20,000 nucleotides of DNA from an uncultured virus (IMG/VR IMGVR_UViG_3300025131_000020). Its lineage: Duplodnaviria; Heunggongvirae; Uroviricota; Caudoviricetes. A model generated the notes under the pieces. That model searched no databases. It was not told the origin of the DNA and saw only the letters and a list, made by a program, of their open reading frames with translations. The stretch is taken from IMG/VR virus record IMGVR_UViG_3300025131_000020; one strand, given 5' to 3'. Shown here piece by piece: positions 1 through 9,134 of this stretch. Both the position numbers and the translations under genes were made by a program. How positions within the stretch are numbered: position 1 is the first letter of the stretch; the number at the start of each line of letters is the position of its first letter.

Positions 1-3000
1 ATCTCTTCTAAAGCAAGCCTTTGAGTTCTCAGGGTGGATATTCTTTATTCCGTATCTAAATCCGCGAGATCCAGTTGAATTTGGGTGAGCGTGGGTGTAT
101 GTGAGAACATTGTTGATCTGATTATACAGCTTACCTTTTTTATTTGTGGACCACCATGTAAAATCTATCATTCCCGGCGTTCTTGAAGACTGTCTTACAC
201 CGGATCCGTATCCCACCTCAAAGAGAATCATCTTTATAATTGTGCTATTGTGTGCATAGAAAGTTCCCCTGCCGAAGAATAGGGATTCCCCAAAAATTGC
301 AAGAGCTGTATTTTCATCAATATTTCTAACAGGATTTCCAGAATAAGGCCACGGCATTCTGTCATTACCCCTCTCTTGATAATAGTAGGGAGGATCAAAA
401 ACTATTGTATTTTTTGAGCCTGTTGATTGAAGCTTAGCAGCATTTGTTCTACTTGCATACGTCCATAAATCTGGCATGAGTGTATCATAAAATCTCTCAG
501 AATCATCATATAGTGTGACTGATCTCTGAAAAGATCCTCCCCGGGGGTCAGCAGTACCTCTGACGAAGCTTCCAGCAACTCCTCTTGCTTGATCTAGCCT
601 GCTACTTTCTCCAGACGTTCCGCCTGAAAATCCAGAAATTGTAGGAGGGTTCGTCGATATATTTGTGGATATTGTTCTATTTCCAAGAAGCCCTTTTACA
701 TCCTGGGCTAGCTTTAGAATAGGCGGATTTGTTGCTAGCTTAACGACATCTATCTTTCCGTTATGACCATTTGAGTGTTCTATGCAAGCCTTTAAAGAGT
801 CTGCAATCTCAACAGTAGTTCCGTTAAAGTCATACTTTGGAGGATTTGTTGTCAGGTCTTGAGATGCGGCACCCACATAAGCCTTTGATGTTCCATCTGT
901 CGAGATAATTGTAATCGTATTTCCAATTGCTCCCATTGGTGATGTTGGGATTGTTATTCTGGCAACAGCTTCAGCACCAGCTCCATGAGGATAGTCAGAA
1001 GAAAGCATAGAGCCTGTTACGAGATTATCAGAATAATTTCCTGCATTTGCATGCTCAGAGGATATGTCGTACTGATCAACGATCTCTTCCTGGAGGGCTT
1101 CATGGATGGCATCTGATGTTAGGTGTTGGTTTAGTCCTCCGTGGAACTCAACTTGATCACGAATTAATGATCCGTAGAGTGTGATTGTGTGATTAGAAAG
1201 AGGTGATTCCCATTCGGGAGCGGTTTCCGGTGTGTCTGAAAAGTCATCAGGTGATATGATTCTCAGATGAGATCCAGAGAAGTGACACTGACCACCGCGT
1301 GGGTTTAATCCGGCATTTCCAGATCCGGTTATCATGGTATTAAATCCAGGAGAAATTGCCGCGTCTAGGCCAAGAATTATCTCGTCCTCAGGGAATAGAA
1401 GATATGGTGAGATAGCTGACTGACTGTAGTCAATAATCCTAGCCCTTCCGTCTGTTGCATCGAAGTGATCAGCAAATTCTGTCTGAACAGTCTTCTTATC
1501 ACCGAACGGTCTTATGACTCTTGGATCTAGCTCATAGATCTCAGATCCCAGCTGACGTCGGGCAGAGTTTGAATCAGGTTGATACTCAATACCTGTATTT
1601 GGATCTGTTGTGATTCCAGCGCCATTGCAGAATTGTGAAAATGTCCACTTTCCATAGCTTGCTGTCACACCCGCCTTCCCCGTGTAGATGGAGGGACGAG
1701 CTGGATCGTAGGCGATGCCGGGACCTCGCTTTCCACCATCGAAGAATGCCTTGTGAGTCGTTCCTCCTGGCCAGTAATGATATATTTTAGGAACTCTTCT
1801 TGATGCCGTTGCATCTTTTGGTGATGCTGAGTTGAAGACAGCTGAGACACCATTAAAACCCTCAGAGGCAACAGCTGGAATAAGATTCATATTGACAGAT
1901 CCAGTGAATTTGCTTATAATCCGAGACCCGCCTTTGATGCCCATATTGTGCATGAAGGCTGGTGTGTTAATAGGCCTATAAGCGTAATATCCTTCGGTTG
2001 TTCCCGCTGATCCAGAAGTAAAGACTTTTTCCTCATAGAATGTCATAACACCGCTACAGACTAAGAATCTCTGACTTCCTGAAACATCAAATGCAGAGTC
2101 TACTCTAAAGTTCTCAGATGGATTTGTAGCAGGTGTTGTTGACCACTTTCCACCCCTAAAGCTTCCAGACCTGTTTCTTCTCTCCTGTCTATAGATAAAG
2201 AACACATAATCATCCTGATGCCTGGTGTGTGTCCCTTTAGCAGTTGTTCCATCAATATTCCCTGCGTACTGCCTCTGTGCAGTTACATTTAAATTAACAA
2301 CAACCTTTTCAAGCAAGAAAGGGTGTTGAATAAAGCTAGACATCTTAATTGCCTGACTTGATGTGGCATGATATATTGTCTTATTTGGTGCAAATGATGC
2401 AATTGTAGGTGATCCGATTTTATGATAAAAGAACGGAGCTAGAAGGCCTGTATTTGTACCATAAGTGAATGTATTACCAGGTGCAGTAGACCAATCAGGG
2501 GGAGACGATCCACTTTCAATCACCTGTGCAGCTGAAAACATCTTATGCCTGCAGGGAGCAAACTGAGAGGGGTATGAATTTGTACCGCTTACAATATCAT
2601 GTGTTGGTTGAGCTTCTGAATTCATTCCAACTGCAGCAAAGTCGTATTTTATGTCTGCACCTGTGACCGGATCAGAGAATCCAATCTGCTCCCATCTCTT
2701 AAGAGAATTATTCCAATAGGCAAAACCTGTCTTACTTGCTCTTCCGGCTGAAACTGTATCTAGTATTGAGTATCTTTTTATTGGCGTTCTTGATAATTCA
2801 AGTGTCTCTGTTGGTGTGATATCAAGATGAATCATCGTCTTGCTTGAGAGCCTGGATGTGAATCCTTCCATGACATCTCTTGATGTGCCTGTTAGATAGT
2901 ATGATGAGCTTGAAAGAGGTATTGTCTCAATGACTGATGATCCGGCTGAATCCACACGTGTGATTGGGGGAAGGCTAACAGCTCGTGTATCATCAAATGG

Positions 3001-4434
3001 CCCTGATTCAATTCCAGGCGTGAATTCAATGTGATTATCTGAGACTCCTTTTACAACTGTTCTCGTAATTGTCCCTATTGATGACGAAGGGTATAAAAAA
3101 TTATCCCTAGATCCCGATTGTAGAACTTGAGGATATGAGACACCGTGTGCTCCTGTGAGAAACAGACCAAGCCCTTTTTCATTGGAGAAAACAACTGTCT
3201 TTCTATCGTCGAAAAATGTGTTATAGTTTCCCTTTGTGAGCTTAGATCCTGCTGGTGTTCTTAAATTTGTAGGATATGACCCGGTTCTACAATCCCTTCT
3301 CTTTAGTTCAAGACGAACTGGTGGGCTGATAATTCCAGATCTATTTCTATAATATCCGTTTCTTGCAGCGTATAGTGCACTTGCAACATTTGCGATGACT
3401 GCACCAGACTGGTAGGGATAGGGAACATCTTTCCAAAATGCAACCTCTGCTATCTCACCTTTAAATCTCTTTGTATAGCTTGTTGCAACGTAAGACCCAT
3501 TAACCTGCTTTTGACCACCTATAGTAAGCTCAGGAAGATTATAAGACCCAGCCATTCCACCAAAAGAGGCATTTGTCTTTGTTGCGGCCATCCTTCTACC
3601 GTTAATGTATATGTGTGTGTCCATGGGCTGTCCAGCAGCCAGTGTAGTTCCTGTGCACCAGACGAATATGTGAACCCATTTGTTGTCTAGACATCCGTGA
3701 TCTGTTCCTGTCACATCTATGTCAGTAAATTTTTTATCCATCCTTGTCTCAACATAGTCTGATGCCTCAGCAACAGCGCCCTCATATAGCCTAAAGACTA
3801 GCTGATCAGTGGAGTTATCAACATAGAGTCTATATAGTTGTCTATCATTTGTTGATCCGCCGGCATCCTCTTGTCCCATACAAAGAATGGTATCGTCATC
3901 TGATGATCCCGCCTCTCTTTTAACCCAAGCTTGAAGACAGAATCCCAGTAAAAAAGATGCTGATGGTGTAAAGTTAGCATGACCAATGTTGCTTTCCGCA
4001 ATAGCAAGAGCGCCTGCGTCATTGATAACTACAGACTGCGGCCTTCTAGTAATCGGACCATCGACAACATTGAACGGATTATCTGAGCCGTATTGTAGAC
4101 CAACAGTCCCTACCTTTGTTCCGTTATAGGGAGTTGCAACTGCAGGTGGAAGCATGTTGAGTGCTGCTGGATTCTTATCAACAAGCCTCATCTGCCACCA
4201 GGAGGTCAGATATTGGGAAAAGCTATACTCTAGTGCTGTTGATCCGTGAAGACCTTTGACATTTCTCGACACACCTCCGGACCTACTGATATGATCATCA
4301 ACTGTCCTTCTTGAGCATCCGACTGTCCTAACAGAGAAATTTTGTCTGAGATCTGGGAAATAGTTGTTAAGCTTTGTAGTTCTTCTAAGATCTCCGAGCT
4401 GCCTATTGCTCTTGCCTTTTTCTAAATCACTCAT
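1..4434 (-). CDS. Large virion structural / receptor-binding protein with N-terminal LamG (concanavalin A-like) domain; 3'-partial, at least 1478 aa
   Basis: Absent from the ORF track. I read the minus frame from ATG 4434-4432 (ATGA overlap with the upstream TGA stop) to base 1 and found no stop codon. It begins MSDLEKGKSNRQLGDLRR and reaches the window edge at FRYGIKNIHPENSKACFRRD. LamG-type motifs at about 3430-4215: YLTSWWQM, FCLQAWVK, KWVHIFV, IYINGR, LTIGG, FKGEIAEVAFW. It is the last gene of the baseplate cluster in this window. Confidence 0.85.
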   Translation of the reverse strand, partial: MSDLEKGKSNRQLGDLRRTTKLNNYFPDLRQNFSVRTVGCSRRTVDDHISRSGGVSRNVKGLHGSTALEYSFSQYLTSWWQMRLVDKNPAALNMLPPAVATPYNGTKVGTVGLQYGSDNPFNVVDGPITRRPQSVVINDAGALAIAESNIGHANFTPSASFLLGFCLQAWVKREAGSSDDDTILCMGQEDAGGSTNDRQLYRLYVDNSTDQLVFRLYEGAVAEASDYVETRMDKKFTDIDVTGTDHGCLDNKWVHIFVWCTGTTLAAGQPMDTHIYINGRRMAATKTNASFGGMAGSYNLPELTIGGQKQVNGSYVATSYTKRFKGEIAEVAFWKDVPYPYQSGAVIANVASALYAARNGYYRNRSGIISPPVRLELKRRDCRTGSYPTNLRTPAGSKLTKGNYNTFFDDRKTVVFSNEKGLGLFLTGAHGVSYPQVLQSGSRDNFLYPSSSIGTITRTVVKGVSDNHIEFTPGIESGPFDDTRAVSLPPITRVDSAGSSVIETIPLSSSSYYLTGTSRDVMEGFTSRLSSKTMIHLDITPTETLELSRTPIKRYSILDTVSAGRASKTGFAYWNNSLKRWEQIGFSDPVTGADIKYDFAAVGMNSEAQPTHDIVSGTNSYPSQFAPCRHKMFSAAQVIESGSSPPDWSTAPGNTFTYGTNTGLLAPFFYHKIGSPTIASFAPNKTIYHATSSQAIKMSSFIQHPFLLEKVVVNLNVTAQRQYAGNIDGTTAKGTHTRHQDDYVFFIYRQERRNRSGSFRGGKWSTTPATNPSENFRVDSAFDVSGSQRFLVCSGVMTFYEEKVFTSGSAGTTEGYYAYRPINTPAFMHNMGIKGGSRIISKFTGSVNMNLIPAVASEGFNGVSAVFNSASPKDATASRRVPKIYHYWPGGTTHKAFFDGGKRGPGIAYDPARPSIYTGKAGVTASYGKWTFSQFCNGAGITTDPNTGIEYQPDSNSARRQLGSEIYELDPRVIRPFGDKKTVQTEFADHFDATDGRARIIDYSQSAISPYLLFPEDEIILGLDAAISPGFNTMITGSGNAGLNPRGGQCHFSGSHLRIISPDDFSDTPETAPEWESPLSNHTITLYGSLIRDQVEFHGGLNQHLTSDAIHEALQEEIVDQYDISSEHANAGNYSDNLVTGSMLSSDYPHGAGAEAVARITIPTSPMGAIGNTITIISTDGTSKAYVGAASQDLTTNPPKYDFNGTTVEIADSLKACIEHSNGHNGKIDVVKLATNPPILKLAQDVKGLLGNRTISTNISTNPPTISGFSGGTSGESSRLDQARGVAGSFVRGTADPRGGSFQRSVTLYDDSERFYDTLMPDLWTYASRTNAAKLQSTGSKNTIVFDPPYYYQERGNDRMPWPYSGNPVRNIDENTALAIFGESLFFGRGTFYAHNSTIIKMILFEVGYGSGVRQSSRTPGMIDFTWWSTNKKGKLYNQINNVLTYTHAHPNSTGSRGFRYGIKNIHPENSKACFRRD

Positions 4435-5390
4435 TTTTCTCTCTTAAGCCCACCAAATGCGATGGAGTCAGTTCCAAGTGGGTTGTTAGCATGCACAAAG
4501 CCTGCCTTGGCAGATTTATGATCTCTATCTACTAGTCCAGCTGATCTAACAGAAGATCCAGTTCCAACAAGAACTTTATAAAAACTATAGGTATCATCAA
4601 TAAATGGTGCTGATGTTACATTTATATCAGATGAATATCCTGGAGCAAATAGAACAAATCCACTTCCGTCAACCATTGCAGTTTCTGCTGAATCTATGAA
4701 AGAGTCGTAAACTGTGGATCCAGTTAAATGAGTTTCCTGTAAGATTCTATCTGATCCGTGTATTTTTTCAAAGTTTCCATCGAGAATACACGCGCTTATC
4801 TTTCTAGCTGTGAAAGGTGTTTCTGCGCCTCGGGTTGATAAAATATCTCTAATCGATAAGGGTTCAATAACACCGCTTAGTTGATCCGGATCCTTTAGCG
4901 CAGGATCCATTAATGTTGCCGGATATAGCTGTGAATCACCGGCATCTTCAATAAATGATATTGCACCACCGTAAGCAGATGTTACTCCGGAAACTATCTT
5001 AGTGTTAATCCTCATTGATGCCATATCTTCAAATGGCTCGTGATCTAAAAATAGCTTTGCCTGACCGAACTCATTGAGGCTTACAGCATGAATATTCTCA
5101 ATCCTTTCTCCATCAAATCCATCAGAAGTGAGAACTGGAAGACATCCAATTGTTGCAGTTCTATTTGTTGATGCAACGGTGGAGGGAGAATTTCTTCTAA
5201 TATATCTCTTTGATACAACACTTACACCCTGTCTAAATCTGTCAATTTTTGACGTATTCATTCCAGAAGTTGCTCTGTTCATTAGACCAAAAGAAGAGCT
5301 AACACCGATCTCTGGAAGTGAAGATTTTACAGATGACCCAGTCAGAGCCGATGGGTTTTGAAATCTATCTCTATATGGTGTAACTGGCAT
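4431..5390 (-). CDS. Hypothetical phage virion/baseplate-associated protein (319 aa)
   Basis: ORF track. GGAG Shine-Dalgarno 6 nt upstream of the ATG; tightly packed between two large structural genes; Ser/Gly/Asp-rich. No recognised domain. Confidence 0.7.
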   Translation of the reverse strand: MPVTPYRDRFQNPSALTGSSVKSSLPEIGVSSSFGLMNRATSGMNTSKIDRFRQGVSVVSKRYIRRNSPSTVASTNRTATIGCLPVLTSDGFDGERIENIHAVSLNEFGQAKLFLDHEPFEDMASMRINTKIVSGVTSAYGGAISFIEDAGDSQLYPATLMDPALKDPDQLSGVIEPLSIRDILSTRGAETPFTARKISACILDGNFEKIHGSDRILQETHLTGSTVYDSFIDSAETAMVDGSGFVLFAPGYSSDINVTSAPFIDDTYSFYKVLVGTGSSVRSAGLVDRDHKSAKAGFVHANNPLGTDSIAFGGLKREK

Positions 5391-5393
5391 CTA

Positions 5394-8300
5394 CTACTCC
5401 GAAAGAAAATCATCAACAAGATCAGAAAAGGTTGCTTCTCTCTCACTAAGTTTAAGATATATCTCATCTGATAAGTATCTCATTCTATGTCTCTCCAGAA
5501 CATGAGACTCTATAACAAAATTAACACCATTAAATCTTGTCTTTTTGGGTATTAGTTGCTCGATCATAATTCCCAGCATGGAGTCAAACCACTTAAAAAA
5601 TTCAAAAAATTGCTTAATATTAATCTTATCAACAAGACGATTAAAATAAATCTTTTTCAATTGATCGAGCTCAGGATAGACATCATCAAATATCAAGTTT
5701 GGATTACCAAGTGCATTATCAAAAAAGTCTAATGATGAAAATAAAGTCATGATATCTTCGTCAATTGCCTGAGTAATAGAGAAGTCTACTGCAAATCTCG
5801 TGTCATCGTTTGGAAGATCATCCCTTGGTATTTCAAATAGAGGAGCTTGATATGCATAATCACTATCAGACACCCTGTCTTTAGAAAAATAGCTTCTAAC
5901 CCTAACCTTTTCATCTGTCTCAGACATGTCAAATCTTGGTGAGAGATAGCTATAGTAAAACGTCTTTGGAGCGATAATCCTCTTGCTTGGCTCAAATCCT
6001 GACCCAGACATGTGAAAAAAGCTTGCTGAGTTAATTCTCGATAGTGCCGATGCTTCTAATTTCTCAGAGCTAAAAATGCTCCAAGGTGTCGCTCTTGATC
6101 CACTAAAGACATACTGTTGTGAGAAATCATCTATCTGAATTGTACCTAGAGAATTTGACTCAGTGACTATTTGATCAGTTGATGCATCAATTCTTAGTCT
6201 TCCAAATGCACCAGTAGGTGCTCTATCAAAATTAAAATTAGTCTTTGGATTATCTACACCTAAAGATTTAAAGTTTCTAGTGTGCTCTTTAAATTCTGTC
6301 TCAGAGACAGCTTTTGACCAAAATCTTATGTGCCCAACCCTGCCTGAGAAATTTGTCCACCTTGCTGCACCATATTGTGCATATGGTAGTTTAGTTGTAC
6401 CGTTTAGAAATCTAGACCCCGCGTTATATAGACTCTGTGAGCCAATAACAATAAATGGTCCCTCCCTATTGAATGTATCGTCTGCCTGCTGCTGAACGCC
6501 TCCGTCTGGAGATCCAACCAGCTCTGCCTCAAATAAAGTTCCTGTTGTAAAGTATTCTCTAATAGCTCCGTAGCTATTTCTAGCACACCTAACGTAGAAT
6601 GAAGAGCTTGCCTGAACCCCACTACCTGAGACAGGGTCGTCAGATCTATATCTTCCAAATGAAACATTCCACATATTTCCATCAAAGATGTCAGGACCTG
6701 TCAAGACAAGTCTCATTTCTGGTGATGATGTAAGCGCATTATCTGAACCGGGTCTTCCAAAAAGTTCAATCTTTCTTGAACCTGAATATGCAACTAGGTT
6801 AAAAATAACACCATGTCTCTTTGCTGTGGTATTGGTTCCTGTTGTGTGCATTCTTGCTAGGCTTTGTGTTATAAAGTGAGATCCAGTAATAATCTTTGGA
6901 ATCTGATAAACTCCCTCGTAACACCACGATCCAGATGTAAAAAGTCCATCATTTCTATTATTTGAAATTCCATGAAGATTATGATTAAACAGGGGATTTG
7001 TGTGAGGAAGCGGTCCTATGAATGCCTGATCTTTTATGTCTGGATGCTGATTGGAAAAAGTTCCAGCAGGATCTGGAAATCCTATTTCAAATCTACTTGA
7101 GCTCAAATATGGAGACATTATTCTTGGATATTGAAATGTTCCAGTTAGAAATCCCTGATAGTTAAGCTCTCCAAGTCTTGCGGCAGGAAGTGTTGTTAGT
7201 GATCCTGAAAAGTCTATAAGTGTTGATACTTCTGATTTTTTAACCCTGAGGTTCCTTAGTGTCTTCTGAGATGGTCCGCCATACTCTCTTATTCTGAGTA
7301 TATTGTCAGGCTCTATTCCTATTGAACGTATTAGCGACTTTATACTGTGAACTGTTCCTCTTGAGATTGTAATCTCTCTCATGTTTGTGAGGATTCTTCT
7401 CCATATTTGATTTTGAACATAGCTCAGAGATCCTCCAGCTCTTGACTGATCTAGAGATAGATTTTCTCCGTCTACTTGCTGTAATATGCTTGCATTGTTG
7501 AATATTCTTGGTAGTTCGATTCCAAGATACTTTCCTGCAAACAGGAGAAATGGATCTGATGCACTGTTATCTTCATCATAGTCAACATGAATTATATTGG
7601 AAAACTCATCTATAAATAATTTAATTTCATCAAATTGTTTTGCATATGAAAAGAGCAAAGCTGTTAAAAGCTGGGAGGATCCAAGCTCTCCTGTTCCAGG
7701 TATGGATGATCCTGAATAATTTCCGGCTATCTCTCCATCAATTGTATTTAGTCCTTGAAATTCTTGCCCCTCTTCAAGGTAGTGCTGGGGAATTAAATTT
7801 GTAATTAAGTTTGGATTATCATTATCATAGTAGCTTGCAGAAGTCAACAAAGATGCGTTTAGCTCGGTAATCTTACTATGCTTGGGAAATAGTATGGGTG
7901 ATAAGTCTGTATTCTCATAAATTATCGGAGCCTTAATGTCTGATCCATAGAATGAGCTGGTGCTTCTTAGAGCTATGTCGTTTTTTGCAATATAGTAATT
8001 GGCAACCCTAGAGTGTAGTGACTTACCAGAGCTGTCCAGGACAATATCGTTAACCCCTGTAGACCCACTAGGTTCATTAAATTTAAAGTAAAGCTTTAGA
8101 TCATAGGATCCAAAAATTGATTTTTTAGCATACTCTTTTTGATCTTCTACAGTTCTTGTGTTATGAAAGAATCTAAATTCATCAATTGATCCAGAAAATG
8201 TCTCAGAAGGAAAAAATTTATTAGCAGTCGAGCTTGTTACTCCATCGAGATATTGTACTGATCCAGTCCCAATTGTAAGAAATGAAGACTGAGTAAACCC

Positions 8301-9134
8301 AAAATCTCCGATCTCAACCTCGCCATCTGACTCTCCTACAAGAGACTCATTGGTATACAGCCTAACCTTATTGACACCTTCTGATCTATCACATACAGCG
8401 CATATGTGCTCAAAGCTTCCCTTCGCAATTGATCCGGATGCTATTGATGCATTGGTTCCAGAAACTACTGAAAACAATATATCCACTGCTGATGTTGATG
8501 TAGTCTCCTTTAGAAGTAGACCAAATCCGTATGAGTCATCTTCAACTCTCTGACATATTACCTGCCTACTGTTTCCAGAAGCTGCACACAATATTTGCAT
8601 CTCAATTGAAAATGATCCAGTTGTAGGATCGAGAATTTTTTCACCTGTATTTAGTTTAGAAAATTCTGGAAATAGACTTCCTGCCTGATCTCTTACCTTT
8701 ATATACGTTCCGTGCCCACCATGATCATCATGGCTTCCAGAAAAATTAAGGTATCCTATATTTTTTGGAAATCTTTGAAGAATATAGTTTTCATATCCTG
8801 TCAACGAGTCTAGAAAGATCTCAACATCTCTCCTTGAGCCGTCGAATGGAAACTCATTAATAATTCTATCAAATGCAACATTAACTTTAGATACAGCAGA
8901 ATTAAAAAATGTGTGATTTTCAAATAGACTCCAGTCAATATTTAGTTGCTGGGTAGATTTCATAGGAGACCCAGGCGGGCTATACTTGAATGATGATGTA
9001 CTTTCTATGTTAGTATCTGACAGCTCAGATAGTGACATCTCTCCTGTTCTTCCGCTTCCAATCTGAATACCTCTTATTGTAGATGGCTTAAATAGACGCG
9101 GGACGCCTAAGCTGAAAACTCTATCTTCTGACAT
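5394..9134 (-). CDS. Baseplate wedge protein, T4 gp7 / P2 gpI-like core with two LamG-like domains (1246 aa)
   Basis: The central segment LLFSYAKQFDEIKLFIDEF...FLLFAGKYLGIEL...QIWRRILTNMREITISRGTVHSIKSLIRSIGI resembles the gpI/gp7 helical core with its (K/R)GT motif. LamG-type motifs are GSFSIEMQI...FEHICAV...LTIG...FSGSIDEFRFF and SGSWCYEG...MWNVSFGR...IVIGS...FSGRVGHIRFWSKA. It lies downstream of the gp25- and gp6-like genes; TAATG overlap with the upstream gene. Confidence 0.65.
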   Translation of the reverse strand: MSEDRVFSLGVPRLFKPSTIRGIQIGSGRTGEMSLSELSDTNIESTSSFKYSPPGSPMKSTQQLNIDWSLFENHTFFNSAVSKVNVAFDRIINEFPFDGSRRDVEIFLDSLTGYENYILQRFPKNIGYLNFSGSHDDHGGHGTYIKVRDQAGSLFPEFSKLNTGEKILDPTTGSFSIEMQILCAASGNSRQVICQRVEDDSYGFGLLLKETTSTSAVDILFSVVSGTNASIASGSIAKGSFEHICAVCDRSEGVNKVRLYTNESLVGESDGEVEIGDFGFTQSSFLTIGTGSVQYLDGVTSSTANKFFPSETFSGSIDEFRFFHNTRTVEDQKEYAKKSIFGSYDLKLYFKFNEPSGSTGVNDIVLDSSGKSLHSRVANYYIAKNDIALRSTSSFYGSDIKAPIIYENTDLSPILFPKHSKITELNASLLTSASYYDNDNPNLITNLIPQHYLEEGQEFQGLNTIDGEIAGNYSGSSIPGTGELGSSQLLTALLFSYAKQFDEIKLFIDEFSNIIHVDYDEDNSASDPFLLFAGKYLGIELPRIFNNASILQQVDGENLSLDQSRAGGSLSYVQNQIWRRILTNMREITISRGTVHSIKSLIRSIGIEPDNILRIREYGGPSQKTLRNLRVKKSEVSTLIDFSGSLTTLPAARLGELNYQGFLTGTFQYPRIMSPYLSSSRFEIGFPDPAGTFSNQHPDIKDQAFIGPLPHTNPLFNHNLHGISNNRNDGLFTSGSWCYEGVYQIPKIITGSHFITQSLARMHTTGTNTTAKRHGVIFNLVAYSGSRKIELFGRPGSDNALTSSPEMRLVLTGPDIFDGNMWNVSFGRYRSDDPVSGSGVQASSSFYVRCARNSYGAIREYFTTGTLFEAELVGSPDGGVQQQADDTFNREGPFIVIGSQSLYNAGSRFLNGTTKLPYAQYGAARWTNFSGRVGHIRFWSKAVSETEFKEHTRNFKSLGVDNPKTNFNFDRAPTGAFGRLRIDASTDQIVTESNSLGTIQIDDFSQQYVFSGSRATPWSIFSSEKLEASALSRINSASFFHMSGSGFEPSKRIIAPKTFYYSYLSPRFDMSETDEKVRVRSYFSKDRVSDSDYAYQAPLFEIPRDDLPNDDTRFAVDFSITQAIDEDIMTLFSSLDFFDNALGNPNLIFDDVYPELDQLKKIYFNRLVDKINIKQFFEFFKWFDSMLGIMIEQLIPKKTRFNGVNFVIESHVLERHRMRYLSDEIYLKLSEREATFSDLVDDFLSE

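Noticed and set aside
1..4430. Apparent 4.4-kb non-coding or recoded region, and the short ORFs 1665-1871 and 3798-4022
   Set aside because: The region is one open frame running off the window edge; the short ORFs are out-of-frame shadows inside it.
5388..5396. In-frame TAG TAG ATG junction between the 1246-aa and 319-aa ORFs, suggesting amber recoding or a read-through fusion
   Set aside because: TAG ends other genes at sensible positions (12512, 16098, 18332), no long ORF contains an internal TAG, the stop is doubled, and the downstream ATG has its own GGAG SD. The standard code fits.
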